From Podarcis pityusensis (Eukaryota), in assembly GCA_964106645.2 (NCBI GenBank), contig OZ067039.1: DNA of 64,000 bases. The stretch is one strand, 5' to 3'. The notes beneath the pieces are model-generated. The model was not told where the DNA came from, did not search any database, and worked only from the letters and a program-made list of their open reading frames with translations. Made by a program: the position numbers and the translations under genes. Of this stretch, positions 40,120-53,087 are shown in pieces (within the stretch, counting starts at the first letter, position 1; each line of letters begins with the position of its first letter).

Positions 40120-40172
40120 TAATACTTAAGGGGCAGGGCAGAACCATGCCACAGAGTCTACATGCTACAGAT

Positions 40173-40302
40173 CGTGTGTGGGGAACCTTTGGGTCTCCAG
40201 ATGTTTCTGAAATACAACTCCCATCAGCCCCAGCAAGCATGGCCAGGGATGATGGGTGCTGGAGTTCAACAACATCTGGAGGGCCAAAGTTCCCCACACC
40301 TG
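40173..40302. mobile_element. Older palindromic hAT MITE (another degraded copy near 52365-52500)
   Basis: gtgtggggaaccttt...ctccagatg...catctggag...aagttccccacacctg, flanks ctacagat/ctataggt. Confidence 0.7.
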
Positions 40303-40338
40303 CTATAGGTAGAGAGCTGGAGGGGAGTTGTACATATA

Positions 40339-40563
40339 CAGTGGTACCTCGGGTTACAGACGCTTCAGGTTACAGACTCCGCTAACCCAGAAATAGTACC
40401 TCGGGTTAAGAACGTTGCTTCAGGATGAGAACAGAAATCGCGTGGTGGCAGTGTGGCAGCAGGCCCCATTAGCTAAAGTGGTACCTCAGGTTCAGAACAG
40501 TTTCAGGTTAAGAACGGACCTCCAGAACGAATTAAGTTCTTAACCCAAGGTACAGTACCACTG
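40339..40563 (+). mobile_element. Tc1/mariner MITE, family A
   Basis: Same body. Right TIR carries a small duplication (gtacagtacca). TA TSD. Confidence 0.86.
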
Positions 40564-40928
40564 TACCTGCTTCTCAGCTTAGCATACCTTTTTTTTATCA
40601 CCACCAGTAGCAGCAGAGAATTGTAGAACATGGAAACTTATGCAGATGAAATCATCCAAACCCAACGTAATCTTGCACATAAGGGGCAGAAGAGGGGATT
40701 CTCAGTGAGCAATTGGAGGCTGATCCTTAGCTGCCTTGTTGTTGAAGATGAGAACCTGCTCCTAAACTCTTTCCTCGAGTCTCTCACACTGCAGTGATTT
40801 CATCAAAGTCACTTTTGAGCTCCATAGAAATTCTGTGCATAGTAACTTCTGTGTCGTAAGTGATGGTGGTGGTTATTACTAATTTCCCCTCAATTCAGTG
40901 AAACTTTTTAATATAAGCTAATGGGGTC

Positions 40929-40964
40929 ATGATGATGATGATGATGATGATGATGTGATGATGA
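40929..40964. repeat. (ATG)n microsatellite
   Basis: Read directly. Confidence 0.9.
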
Positions 40965-40974
40965 TTTATAATAA

Positions 40975-41310
40975 TTTATTTATACCCCGCCCATCTGGCT
41001 GGGTTTCCCCAGCCACTCTGGGCGGCTCCCAACAGAACACTAAAAACAGAAGAAAACTTCAAACATTAAAAATTTCCTTAAACAGGGCTGCCTTCAGATG
41101 TCTTCTAAAAGTCAGATAGTTGATGATTTCCTTGACATCTGGTGGGAGAGCGTTCCACAGGGTGGGCGCCACTACCGAGAAGGCCCTCTGTCTGGTTCCT
41201 TGTAACCTCACGTCTCGAAGTGAGGGAACCGCCAGAAGGCCCTTGGCGCTGGACCTCAGTGTCCCGGCTGAACGATGGGGGTGGAGACACTCCTTCAGAT
41301 ATACTGGGCT
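40975..41310 (-). mobile_element. L2-like LINE 3' end (shorter related pieces near 13600, 16810 and 19860-20240)
   Basis: tttataccccgcccatctggctgggtttccccagccactctgggcggct tail. Minus strand reads RAFSVVAPTLWNALP. Confidence 0.72.
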
Positions 41311-43924
41311 GAGTATACTAGCATATATGTAAAAAGATTGCTTGACTTCATCATCAAAATATGCCAGTTTTCCACATGTCAGTTCCCCTTCCAGTTTTCA
41401 TTGTTACCAGGTGGATGAATTCTATCATATAAAATCCAGAACTGGCTAAGATTTATAGTCTATAACATCTGGAGGGCACCAGGTTTGTGAAAGCTGTCTA
41501 AGATCATGTCAGATTACTTAAAAGAACACAGTTGATGTATTAACTAAAGCTGAAAAGGAAAAAAAACCTTCTGATGAATTTGCACTACAGTATTTTTATA
41601 TATATAGAATATGAACCACTCTTCTGTTTGGGAGCTGGTGTTCTTTGATGCTTACTGGAGAGGTGGAAGCAAAGTAAAATGGTCTCTCCCTGAAAGCATG
41701 AAGCTGATCATCAGTGGGAGTCCATTGGTTTTTCTTGGGATGGGCAGCTGTAGCACCTCCTCTGTTCTATGTTCCCTGCGGCCACAACAGCATTCAGAAA
41801 GTTCCATGACAAAGGGAATTTAATTACCATTTCAGCACCAGTACAGCAATTTCCATTAGTGGAAACAGAGGCAATTTTCCAGCAAGAATACCCTGTGGTG
41901 CTGTTCCTGTGCCACTGGTGGTATTTAATCATGTAGACGGAACGCGAGGAAGCCGCAGTAAGATGCAAGCAGGAAATAATTTGTCTGCTTTCTTTCTAAG
42001 CTGAATACATTCAGACTGTTTCATTCCTTTGGCTGAAGAGAATATTGGATGCTGAAGTCCACAGGCTACTTTAGGGTCACCTTCTTCTGGAATTTCACTT
42101 GGGTGCCTATATTCATTCAGACCTCACTGGTTTCATCTTGTTTGCCAGCATGTAATTGGTGCTGGGAAGGCAAGCAAATTGATGCAGTGTGACATGCTAT
42201 TTTTCAAGGTTTTCATCTTGTATCTCCCTGGTTCCATCCTCTTCTAAACATGATTTGAAATGGATTTGAGGTTATACTGTGTTATTTTCATGGTGCCCCT
42301 GTATACCTTGATGCGGGGCTGTCTTTCCTCTACTTATATAAAGTTTTTAACCATCTTATTGGACCCAGTGGAACTGGTCCATGATGTCTCCTTTGTTATG
42401 GGTGGTTTGATGGCTGCTGCTTGGGCAATCAGCACATTTTGCAAAGAGCATTAAGAATTGCAATGCCTTAGTTCCTTAACGGAATTTTAGTATTATGTTC
42501 AAATGTTCCTACCCTATATTCCTTCCTGATTCTACCATGACCATTTTTGGCCACACTGTGTTATTTTTAGCTGGTCCCTCGTCTGTCCTTTTTACCTGAA
42601 GCTTCAGTGAACTTCATAGTTTAGGCTGCGAGTCTCATTTGTCCTTGCCCAACTTGCAAAACTATTAGGTGTGCTCTGGGAAAGCCCACCTCCCACTACC
42701 CTGCCTATGTTTGATTGAGGAGAATAGGATCCCGTTGGAAGCAGGAAAGCCATTTCTCTGTTCCCTTGATGCTTTTATGGAACTCAAATTGGCAGCATCA
42801 CTCTGAGTGGTTGCCTCCTCCATCCTTGCCCTCCTGCTTCCTCCAGCTCTAAACACTTCATTTGTTGTGAGAGGTTCTGGAAGAACAGAGTAGCGATAGC
42901 CCAGCTGCAGCTTCTAAGGCAGGGGATCTGTGAAGGGAAGCAGCCCAATCAATGGCTCACAAAAGCAGACTCACAGCTGAGCAATAAAAGCCGTGGGCTG
43001 CTCTCGCTGCAGATGCCCCATAAACCTGGTGCATGAAGGCTCTTTTTGTTAGGGATCTGTACTATTCTCATTGCTGGCAGCCCTGGAGGAAGGGACAGGT
43101 CCCTTCTCCTTGCACCAGGGAGAATATTGCCCAGCAATTTAATTGAGGCAGTATTTTACTATCAAAAAGACATGCCAGAGAGAGAGGTAAGATTCAGCCT
43201 TTCCGAGAGGAGGCTGGTTCAAAGTGCAGATAAAATAAATAAAAATGTGCAGGTGTTGTTTTATTTGTTGAATGGGATCCAGAAACTTACTCACATGGAA
43301 CTTGTTTCTGTTTTGGAGAGGACTGTATTTCTCCCGGTACCCAAACATCAATATATAGTTGTTAGGGGAAACTGATTATTTTTCCACCTTATGGGACCAT
43401 TGCCCTTTGGCATGCTGTACCAAATGTGGTAGCATGCTCTATCCTTCCCCTGATCTGATGTTGTTATAAGGGGCTTTAGACAACCACATCGCGTGTGTTC
43501 TTTTAGTGCATGTGGGTGGGGAATCATTTGAACCCTCTTTTGTGACGCTAATTACAATATGCAGATTATACCTATGCAATAGACCACTGAGAAGATACTC
43601 TTCTGTAAACAATGGGATGCAGATATCATTTGTGTATCTCTTCCTTGCTCTTTTCAGTGACGTGTCCCAAGCTGCCCCGCTCTCACTCCTTGCTGTGACT
43701 TTTCAGATTTGTTTTGTAACTTTAGGTGAGCTTGCTACCTGAAGGGGTTTTGCTTTGAATAGCCCGTTGGGTTCACACGGCAAGTCTCCATTTTCCTCAG
43801 GGATTGCTCCCGCTTTGCACATCCAGAGTATCATGCAGCTTTTAAGAAAGGAGTGAGCCTCTCATCCATGTTTTTGTTTTGTTCATAAATATCCCTCCAA
43901 GGGCATACTGGCCATCTAATATAT

Positions 43925-44060
43925 CAGGCATAGGCAAACTCAGCCCTCCAGATGTTTTGGGACTACAGCTCCCATGATCCCTAGCTAATAGAACCAGTGG
44001 TCAGAGATGATGGGAATTGTAATCCCAAAACATCTGGAGGACTGAGTTTGCCTATGCCTG
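43925..44060. mobile_element. Palindromic hAT MITE, family D variant
   Basis: TIR CAGGCATAGGCAAACTCAG, perfect 8-bp TSD TAATATAT. Confidence 0.88.
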
Positions 44061-44584
44061 TAATATATCATGGAGTTACCGTAGATTTGATAGAAGATTA
44101 TGGAAATAATATGAGCAGTACTGAAATGGTATGTTAAATGTTTCTATTGAAAGTTTGGAGTTTTGTATTTTTTATGTTTATTACAATAACCTCTCTAATT
44201 ATACATTTTTTTAAAAAAAGATTTGAGTGAGAGCAGAAATTAAGTCATTTTTTTCTCTCCCTCTCCATGTCTGCGCATTTGCACATATGCACATGTGCAT
44301 TTGCACACACACACACCATGATGCCTTCTAATCCATTCAGAGTGAATTTAATGTTTCATCATTGCCTTTGAACCAAGGCTTGCAGGGATATTCTGTATGT
44401 ATCGTAGGGGGCATGGATCAAATCCATAACTAACTTTCATCAGCCAATGTAAGGAGAAATTGGAGTTTTTTAAACCTATGGTGCTATAATTTTCTAATGA
44501 AGTCTATAGCCAAGTCAGGTCTACTCTGTCATTGTTATCCTACCTTATCCCAGAGTCAGTTTGCCACATTATCTTTGCATCTTC

Positions 44585-44835
44585 TATTTTATTTTTTATC
44601 ATCTATCTATCTATCTATCTATCTCACAATTTCCAAAACCACATTCACATTAAAATAAAATAAAAATCCCATTCATATATTTCTTTAAAATAAAACAATC
44701 ATTTATGACTTCCCTTCTTGCCCTTCCCTGGTTCCTTTAATTTTTTGCCAGGCCTCCTTATTTGGGACCTCACTCGCCTGCCATTACTGGGCTAACAAAA
44801 TCCTAGCTGCTTTAGTAGCATACATAAATTGATTG
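44585..44835 (-). mobile_element. Small L1-clade 3' remnant
   Basis: FMYATKAARILLAQ resembles FMYATTAARILIAK in the L1 at 3196. Boundaries approximate. Confidence 0.6.
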
Positions 44836-45577
44836 CATCTACTTCTTGTTACATTGTGACCTATTATTATTATTGTTATTATTGCTATGCTTATTATTCC
44901 ACTAACTATTCTAAAAAGTAACTCCCATTTGAGATCCTCAAGAGACAGAGTTCCAGAGGGGCAGTAATGGAGAAGTGACTGGTTTATGTTCGTGTGGAAA
45001 GTGAAGGCAGTGAAGGGCATAAAATCTACCCTCTGATCTTTATTGCACCCACCTGTTCACTCTAACACTTTGTTGAGACGAGGATGTAGGGCACCCTCCT
45101 CCTTATTTGAATTGCATTCTCTAAAGTGACATATGGGTAGCTTATGTCTCTTTCCCCCCTCACCAAGAGGGCAAATATCTTTAAAAAAAAAAAAATCAAA
45201 AATCCAAGCAGGGGATCTGTAACCATCTCCAGCTGTCATCTCAGGAAGAAAGAGAAGAATTTACAGTCAACAATAATCCACTGGGAACCTCTTCTGTACT
45301 GGTTTCATTGAATTAAATGAGACACTTCGGCAAGCACTCCTCCTTCCCATGTTTGTCTAGCGTGGTTTTTTTAAACAACAACAAAAACCTGAAATTGCCT
45401 CTGAGGACTTAACCAGACCTCCGTTTGCCCCACTGCTTCCCTGGGGAAACTGGTAATCTTTAGTGCTGAATTGCAACAAACAGCAATCGTTTTTTCCGCA
45501 AATTGCTGTTGGTTCCGATTTCAGCTTTAAAAAATAATGCAGGAGCTTCATTGTTTATCTGTAGTTTGGCTCTAAGC

Positions 45578-45715
45578 CAGGCACAGGCAAACTCAGCCCT
45601 CCAGATGTTTTGGGACTACAACTCCCATCCTCCCTAGCTAACAGGACCAGTGGTCAGGGATGATGGGAGTTGTAGTCCCAAAAAACATCTGGAGGGCCGA
45701 GTTTGCCTTTGCCTG
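45578..45715. mobile_element. Palindromic hAT MITE, family D variant
   Basis: TIR CAGGCA(C/A)AGGCAAACTC, degenerate TSD ctctaagc/ccctaagt. Confidence 0.82.
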
Positions 45716-48296
45716 CCCTAAGTACTGAAGGGAAGAGGTCAGGTCCTCCCCACTACCCAAGCTTAATGGGGACAGAGCTCAAGGAGATGCCTTAACAGTG
45801 CGGCACATGTAGAAAGACCTGCCACAGGTGGAAACAGTCAGGAGGAAAGACATGGATTGAGAACATGGATCGGCTGCTGTAGGTCAGTAGAAAATCCAGG
45901 GGCTGCAGTTGAGGGGATTTCAGAAGCAAAAGCTGCCAGGGTGTTTGGGAGCCACCAGGGATTCCTGTGTTCTAAATCCCACCCTTTCAGGCTCAGAAGA
46001 ACCATTGTGTTGAGTGAGCACATCAAGAAGAAGGCTGGGGTCAGTGTGGGGATGGTGGTCCATCAGGGCAAATGAAGAACTGCACCCATCTTTTCTAAGC
46101 CAACCCCCACCTACCTGACTTCTTAGAACCAGTCCAGGAGGTGCCAATACCTGCCAGCTCCCTCCTCCTCAGTCTCAGGGTGTGTTTGCATTACTGCCTC
46201 AGAGCACAGCGAGGTTGTTGGGTTCTTTTTTGCAGCTCTCCCCCCCCCATCAGCTGTTGACATGGCACAGTCCCAGCACGGCCTCTGAATGAATAGCTCT
46301 AGCTCTGAGGGTAGGAGGCATGATCAAGTGGTTAGAGCAAAGTGGCTAATTATGAACTATATTCCATTTAGCGAATGGGATTCTGTGCTCAGTCCTGCCT
46401 ATCAGAACAGCCACTACAGTGGCTAAATGGCCTTAGTTATCCTTGCCTGCTTATTTGTGTTGTTAAAATTGCTTCTAGGATGCACCCTTCTGAAATCTAG
46501 CCCTGCGAAGCACAATATGCTGTTTCAGGCATTTCTGGCTGCGCTCATTACTCCTCGCCACCCACCACCAGCATGCTTGCCTTTCGCGTTGTTGATTTAG
46601 TACTGACTCTTCCCCCTGAAAGAGCGGCTGCATGGCTTCAGAGCAGGGCTTTGTTCCTGCGAGAGATAAATTAGAGGCATCTCTTAGGGAGACTGAATTA
46701 CCCCAGTGAACCACAGCTTGGAAATAAGGGGATGAAACACCTTGTCAGGTTCCCTCTCTCCGTAGCTGGATGAGGAACGCCGTCCAGCCCCACACGTGAT
46801 TCCAGATCCTAGGTGGGAAGTCCATCTGGAACAAGTGCTGAGAAAATCCCAGGCTCCTGGTTGCCTAGGCACCTAAAAATGTTTTGTTGGTGCCTAGACA
46901 ATTTGCAAAGTAAATTCAGTTCTCTGCAGCATTGCTCCCTCAAAACTCTTGTTCTGGTTCTCGGGAAATCCAAACATTTCCCCCGCAAACTGCCCTAGAA
47001 CTACTACGGTAAATCGCACAGCAGTTCAATCCCACCCCCACGCCTGGGCTCTGTGGTATTGCAAATGCCAGCAGACAGATGGATTACACTCTTGCCAGTT
47101 TTGGGCCTCGTGGAAACACAGGAGTCAACCGGAGGATATGGGCCTCTCTTTTAGCTGGTAGAAGCAGGGCTGCATCCTTACAGAAAGCCAGGAATCCCAC
47201 TGCTGGGGTGAGGAGGCAGGCAAGGGATGCTTATTGCCATGGCGATGGTGTCATGACAAGTTATTTTGCTCCATTTCACGGCATGTGTGGGATTAGAACA
47301 GAGAGCGAGCGTTTGTGACTATGCATGTGTGTGCAGCATCTATTGTTTAATGTGCCTACATACAGTTGTGTGCTCTCACTCACACACAATATCCTGTCCT
47401 ATTCTTTCATCTTCAAGCATTTACATGTTCCCATACACTCTCCTATGTACATGCTTTGTCTCATACGCGTATGTGCTTCTTAACATACCATTGTAGCAAC
47501 CAGTTAAATGCTCCCCCTGGGACTGTATTAGCTAGCTTAAATTGGCAAATTAGCTCTTTTGCATTACAAAGCATCTTGGGCTCCGTGATCTTGATGCCTT
47601 TAATATTTCTTTTGTTTATTGACTTCCCCTTTTTGCTGTGAAATTAATTTTTATTGCTCTGATTGTCTCATTTCCCCTTTAATCATCTGAACACCAGCTG
47701 TCTTCATTATTTTAAAGGCGCTGCCGTACTGGCCTTCAGGATACAACAAGCATTCTCCCTCTTGCTCATTTTCCCCCTTCTGAAATGTGTGCAGTCTCCA
47801 GCATCCCTTTATGTTTCAGGAGGCAAGCCAGTTTTTACTTTAAGAGACTGGATGATCAGAACCACCAGAAGTTGGGCCTTCTTCAAAGTAGCTGGCTGCC
47901 AGCAGACAATGGTCTGCCAACCAGACACTGAGGGCTTATGCACACTTTCTGTTGTTCCATAGGGAAAACCACTCTTTAGTGCTCATTCGGAGCAAACAGC
48001 TATTTGGGTTTTCTGCAGGTTGCTATTTGTTCCGATTTAGAGCTAAAGAGAGGGTTTTTCCTGAGAAAGAAGTGGGGCAAGAGGAAAACTGCTTGGACTC
48101 ATGCTTTCTAGGCAAGTGTCCCTCTGTGAATATCCACACTGTCTGAAACTGGCGATAGGTTCTCCCTGAGCATAATGGAAATGACTGTGCTTTTCACCAA
48201 ACACTGTGTGTGTGCAGCAGGGTGCCATGGGTCCAAACTGAGAAGGACAGGCACCACACTGCTTTCATACAGAGCAGTGAACTGTGAACAACAGCG

Positions 48297-48488
48297 AGCA
48301 GTGTAGTGGCTGGAGTTTCAGACTAGGAACTAGGGTTCAAATCCCTAGTCGCCCCACTAACTGTTTGACTTTGGGCCAATAACTGTCTCTCAGCCTCACC
48401 TACTTCACAGGGTTGCCACAGGGATTGCTTGAGAGGGAGAACCAGGTACACCACCTTGAGTTCCTTTCAGAAAATAAATAAATAAATA
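48297..48488 (+). mobile_element. Older tRNA-derived SINE related to the 33784 copy
   Basis: gtgtagtgg...gggttcaaatccc...ctctcagcctcacctacttcacagggttg, with an (AAAT)n tail. Confidence 0.6.
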
Positions 48489-49203
48489 CATTAACAAATT
48501 AGAAATCTGAGGTATGTGAGGGAGATGGATGGAGGTCAGCAGGGCTGTGGGAAGTACAGGTAGGGGCCTATTTTATGTTAACCCAGCAGCATCCATCGCT
48601 GCCCATACCTGGACAAACTCTACATGTTAAAAGCAGAGGGGAAATGCGCTGTGTACCTTTGTCTCTTGCATGGCACGGTTGCCTCCGACTTGCACTTCTC
48701 CTCGTCTTTTCCAGGCTGTAGGCCATGTAGGACCAGGCCAGGTAGTCTACACGGGTCGAATAGCATCTCTGGTTCCCTCCCTTTCCTGTATCATACCTGA
48801 TCTCTGAGCAGAAGGAGAGTAAAATGGGCTTGGGAGTGTTTTCTGCGTTCTGTTCCAGGAGTTGGGAAGAAGAGTAACTGAGAGACCTTTTGTCTGAGAA
48901 AGTGTTTTTTAAGTATATCGGTTGGAGCAGGGGGCGAACGTGCTTTGGTGCTGTCACAGCAAAAGGGTTCCTTAAACCCAGAACCTCTGAGTTAACTTTG
49001 AGCCTGTAAGAAAGAAGGGGGGGGGGGAATGTGAAATTGTAGTCAAGTGCCATCCTGCAGGGTTCTACTCCTGGACGTCCTTTTTCTGTCTTCAACTAAA
49101 TGCTTCCCTTCAAAAGAAAAAAAAGTGCATCTCCATCCTTGGCTTTCCCTGCACTTCCTTTCTAATCTTTCCCCCCTTCTGTGTCCCATTTGTCTTCCTA
49201 CAG

Positions 49204-49337
49204 ACGGCACTCCCTTGAGTGAGCTCTCCTGGTCTTCCTCTCTGGTGGTTGTGGCTGTTTCCTTCTCTGGGCTGTTCACATTCATCTTCCTCATGTTGGC
49301 CTGTCTGTGCTGCAAGAAGGGGGGCATTGGCTTCAAG
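49204..49337 (+). CDS. AATK: AATK/LMTK1 coding exon (equivalent to exon 2): transmembrane segment and Cys cluster
   Basis: Polypyrimidine tract, ctacag| acceptor, AAG|gtaagc donor. 134 nt, phase 1 to 0. Encodes (D)GTPLSELSWSSSLVVVAVSFSGLFTFIFLMLACLCCKKGGIGFK, nearly identical to recalled human AATK DGAPLSELSWPSSLAVVAVSFSGLF...MLACLCCKKGGIGFK. Confidence 0.96.
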
Positions 49338-49777
49338 GTAAGCACTGTGGGAAGCCCACGTCCTCCCTAGGGCTAGCTGTGTAGCAGCACTGGACTTTGC
49401 GGTAGGGAGGGAGGTCGTTCTCTGTCTCCTCGGGGTCTGTGATTGCCAGGAGAGGTGGCGGGTGCTCAGCATTGGGCTAGAACTAACCTCGCTCTGGGTA
49501 GCCCTTCTTAGAACACCCGTGACAAGGAGGCAAGATTCGTGTGGGAGAGAAGCAGATTTTGGGGGCGCACCCTTGTTCACAAACTCTTGCTGCTCAGAGA
49601 AAGCAGGGGCAGAGAGAGAAGTGTGTTTGTGTGTGAAAGAGAGAGGGCAGCAGGTAAAGGGTCTTAGCTGTGACAGGAATCAGCAAGGAATTCAGTATGG
49701 GCTGAAGATGAAATGGGGTGGGCAAGGTTAGTGAGCAGCAACATCCTCCAACTAAGCCTGGTGTCAGGGGCTTGCTG

Positions 49778-49916
49778 AGAATCGTAGAGTTGGAAGGGAC
49801 CACAAGGGTCATCTAGTCCAACCGCCTGCAATGCAGGAATCTTTCGCCCAATGTGGGGCTCGAACCTGTGACCCTGAGGTTGAGAACCTCACGCTCTACC
49901 AACTGAGCTAGCAAGC
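49778..49916 (-). mobile_element. SINE with tRNA-Lys-like head and CR1-type tail (Squam2-like)
   Basis: Minus strand: gctagctcagttggtagagcgtgag...ggttcgagccccacattgggcg, then ttggactagatgaccct...cccttccaactctacgattct. Confidence 0.75.
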
Positions 49917-50811
49917 CTTAGAACACAGCAAGGGTTGTCTGGCATTCTGTTGGAAGTGGGGGTGTTGGGGTTGAAGGAGACCCTGTTGAGTCCTAGCCAA
50001 CCCAGAAGAAGAGGCAGGTGAGCAGGTGAAAACATAGGAAGTTGCCTTACTCCGTTCAGACTGTTGTCTGCCTAGGCCTGAGTGCCAGCAGCTCACCAGG
50101 GTCTCAGGAGGGCCATTGACACCTGCTTCCTGAGCCTTTTAAATGGAGAGGCCAGAGAGTGATCCTGGGACCTTCCACATGAAATGCAAGTGCTCTTCCA
50201 GTGAAATAACTGGAGGCTGTTGGGCCAAGAGGCAGCGGGCTTCAGTGTGATGGCTGCTGTTTCCCTGAGGCACTGTGTCAGAATTTAGACCAGGTTTGTA
50301 CACCAATGCCTTTTTTCGTACGTGCGACAAAGGAACACTCCTGCAAGTGGGGCGATTTAGTAAATCAGAGCTGTCTTTAAAGCCTCCAGGAAGGGCAGAA
50401 GCAGTGGGGATTTTTGGTGGGGCTGAGCTCAGTAGGAAGGAGGGCATTCTCTCTGGAAGCCTCCTTTGCACAGTCTGGTGCCGTGCTGTGAGGAGCAGGT
50501 AAGAAGAGGCCACGAAATATGAAAAGGCACACAAAGAGAGTAGCAAAAGTCCATAGGTGCCCTTGAAACAACATCAAAGCGTGTTTCAGGTCCGATGGCT
50601 CTTCATCAGCACCAACCAAACAAGTTTTAATGAGGAGAGAAGTGTTTGTGCAAACTATCTGCCTTAACACGCTCTTCCATGCACACCTTTTGCAGGTAAG
50701 GGCGCAGACTCCCAAGGCGCTTTCCTCTCCCTGACAGCATAAGCTCTGTCGACTTCTAACGGGGAGCTCAGTGGTGCAGTAGGCATTTCAGGGTACTGAG
50801 ATGGCCTAAGA

Positions 50812-51173
50812 CAGGGGTCCCCAAACTAAGGTCCACGGGCTGGATAAGGCCCGAGGGACTCGTTTATCCAGCCCGCGGCGAGCCCCACCACTCGCTCTTA
50901 CCGGCGCTGTGCTGTGCAGCTGCCCACTTCCGGGTCGGAGGAGCACCGGAAATAGCTTGTGCGCATGCGCAAGTGTTATTTCCGATGCACATCTGGGTTG
51001 GAGGAGGCCTGTGCACATGCACACAAGCTATTTCCGGTGCTCCTCCAACCTGGAAGTGTGCCAGAAATAGCATGTGCACATGCGTATGGGCACACACTCC
51101 CCCGCCCTCTGGCCCGCCACGTGATCGGCGCTAGAGACACCGGCCCAAGGTGCGGTAAGTTTGCTGACCCCTG
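50812..51173. mobile_element. Non-autonomous hAT with a long internal inverted repeat
   Basis: CAGGGGTC..CAAAC ends, 8-bp TSD gcctaaga/tcctaaga. Confidence 0.82.
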
Positions 51174-53056
51174 TCCTAAGAGGAAGGATCTCTTTTTTTT
51201 TTGCCTCTTGTCTTGAAGGAAATACACGAGTCTTAATTTGTGAGCCACGCATGACATCCCCTTCTTGCTAGAGTAGTGGCAGGGTGTCCCTTCTTAAATT
51301 CCCAGGCTGGCTGGCATCCTTGTCCAGTCTTGGCGGTGGCCGGCCCTGGAATGCCCCACTAGGGAGTGGGTAGTGCCAGCCTGATCTCACAGGCACAGAA
51401 TGTGCTGGAGAAATGTGTTGCTGAGATTCTTGCGGGGGCTCTTGGCAGCCAGGCCGCGGTGCAGCCGTGGGGTGCTGGAATGGAAGCTATGGACAGTCCC
51501 GTGGGCTGGCGGCTGTGCAGCACCGGCCAGGTTTTGCCGTGGGAACAATGAGGCACTTCAGAGGCCCCTACGCTGCCTATATAGGGGGCGCAGGGAGGGT
51601 TTGCAAAGCAGCCTCCATGCTTTCCCTGTGGAAATGCTGCTGCAGCGCAAGGGCGTCATGGCACAAGGGTGATGCTCACCCTTTCCTACCTGGTTGCTGG
51701 GGCAGCCTTCGGTGGGATAAAGTCCATCCAGGTAACTGGAAGTGCCTACTTGGCTTTTGCATGGAGTGAATGGGGAGGTGGGAGATGCTGCGGCCACAAA
51801 TTGCAGGCGGGGTGTGTGTGCATGTGTGGATGGGGAGGTGGGCGCATTGAACTTTGCGTGCTATTGCCGGGGTTGGTGGTGTTGAAGGGCACTTCAGGGA
51901 GGGTGCATTTATTAACACTCTTTCTCTGGGCACTCTTGCCTAGAGCTGGAGAAGCGAATCCCGGGAGAAGAGGCTGAGGATGGTTTTGAGGTGTCTGCCC
52001 TGCACGGGGGCCAGCACAGTGCCAAAAACAGCCTGTAATGTAGAACTGGGAAACCCTGGGCAGCCCTCCCCCTGCCCCCTGACCAAGGTGAGGCTGCTTC
52101 TCCCTCAACTGTATTTATGACTGTGTCTCTCTCACTGGGGGCAGGGTGGAAGGAGCAGAGCAGCCGCCACTGGCCACACAAGCCGAAACAAAAGCAGGGG
52201 TACCAGCATGGGACAACAAGCGTCCATCCAAGGGCGGGGTGGGCGCAATGGGCTGCGTTACTCTGCATTCAGGTCCCCTGGGGCTTCCTAGCTTTCCCAT
52301 GCAGAAATAGGACTGGGGGCAGAGGCCTGGAAGGTGTAGCGCCGGCCATTAACCTGCCCTCTAGCCCAGCCTTGTGCCCTCCAGATGCTGTTGGTTTCCA
52401 ACTCCCATCAGCCCCAGCCAGCATGGCCAAGGGTCAGGGATGCTGGGAGTTGTAGTCCAGCAAAAAGCCAACAAATGGACACCAGGTGGGGAAAGCCAGC
52501 CTTAAACCTTTGTCGCTTTGCCTATGGGACTGAGCTCCATCTCTTGAGTCTGCAGAGAATCCTGGGCAGATGATGCTTTGCCAGTTTTTGCTGCTTCTGT
52601 CCTTGTTCATCAAAGCTTTTCTTGCCAGCTGCACCGCTCATGGAGCGTCTGTGTTTCCAAAGGGAATTGAAAATTGGCTGCCATTAAATGTCCTAGGAGC
52701 TGTTGCCCTGGATCCGTGAAACCAAGCTTGAGCTAGCAAACCGCCAATTCTCAATTTGTGTTTGTGTGTGTGTGCACTGCTATCTCTGTCACCCCACCCC
52801 CTAAGTTTTAGTGTTTGGATCTGGACGGGAGCGTATGAGCAGCTGCGCCCTTCACATGGCTGTGGCATGGTTCATGCGTGTGCTCAACAGTGTATGTGGC
52901 TGCTTGAAGTTGAATTGCACCTGCACAGTCCCAGATGGCAAGGCTGTTTGCATGAAGCGGCTTCCCCATGCAGCTATCCCCTCTACAAGAACAGGGCATG
53001 GCTGAAGCTGTCCCGTCTGAGCGGAGGGAGGTCTGCTTCACACAAGTGGCTGGCTG

Positions 53057-53087
<31 letters not shown>
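53057..53087. repeat. (GCTT)n microsatellite
   Basis: Read directly. Confidence 0.9.

Noticed and set aside
47234-47247. RFX X-box-like palindrome ATTGCCATGGCGAT
   Set aside because: A single imperfect motif with no supporting promoter evidence.
49840-49916. tRNA-like sequences (also 12940-12998 and 33784-33860)
   Set aside because: Degenerate stems fused to LINE-type tails. These are SINE heads, not tRNA genes.
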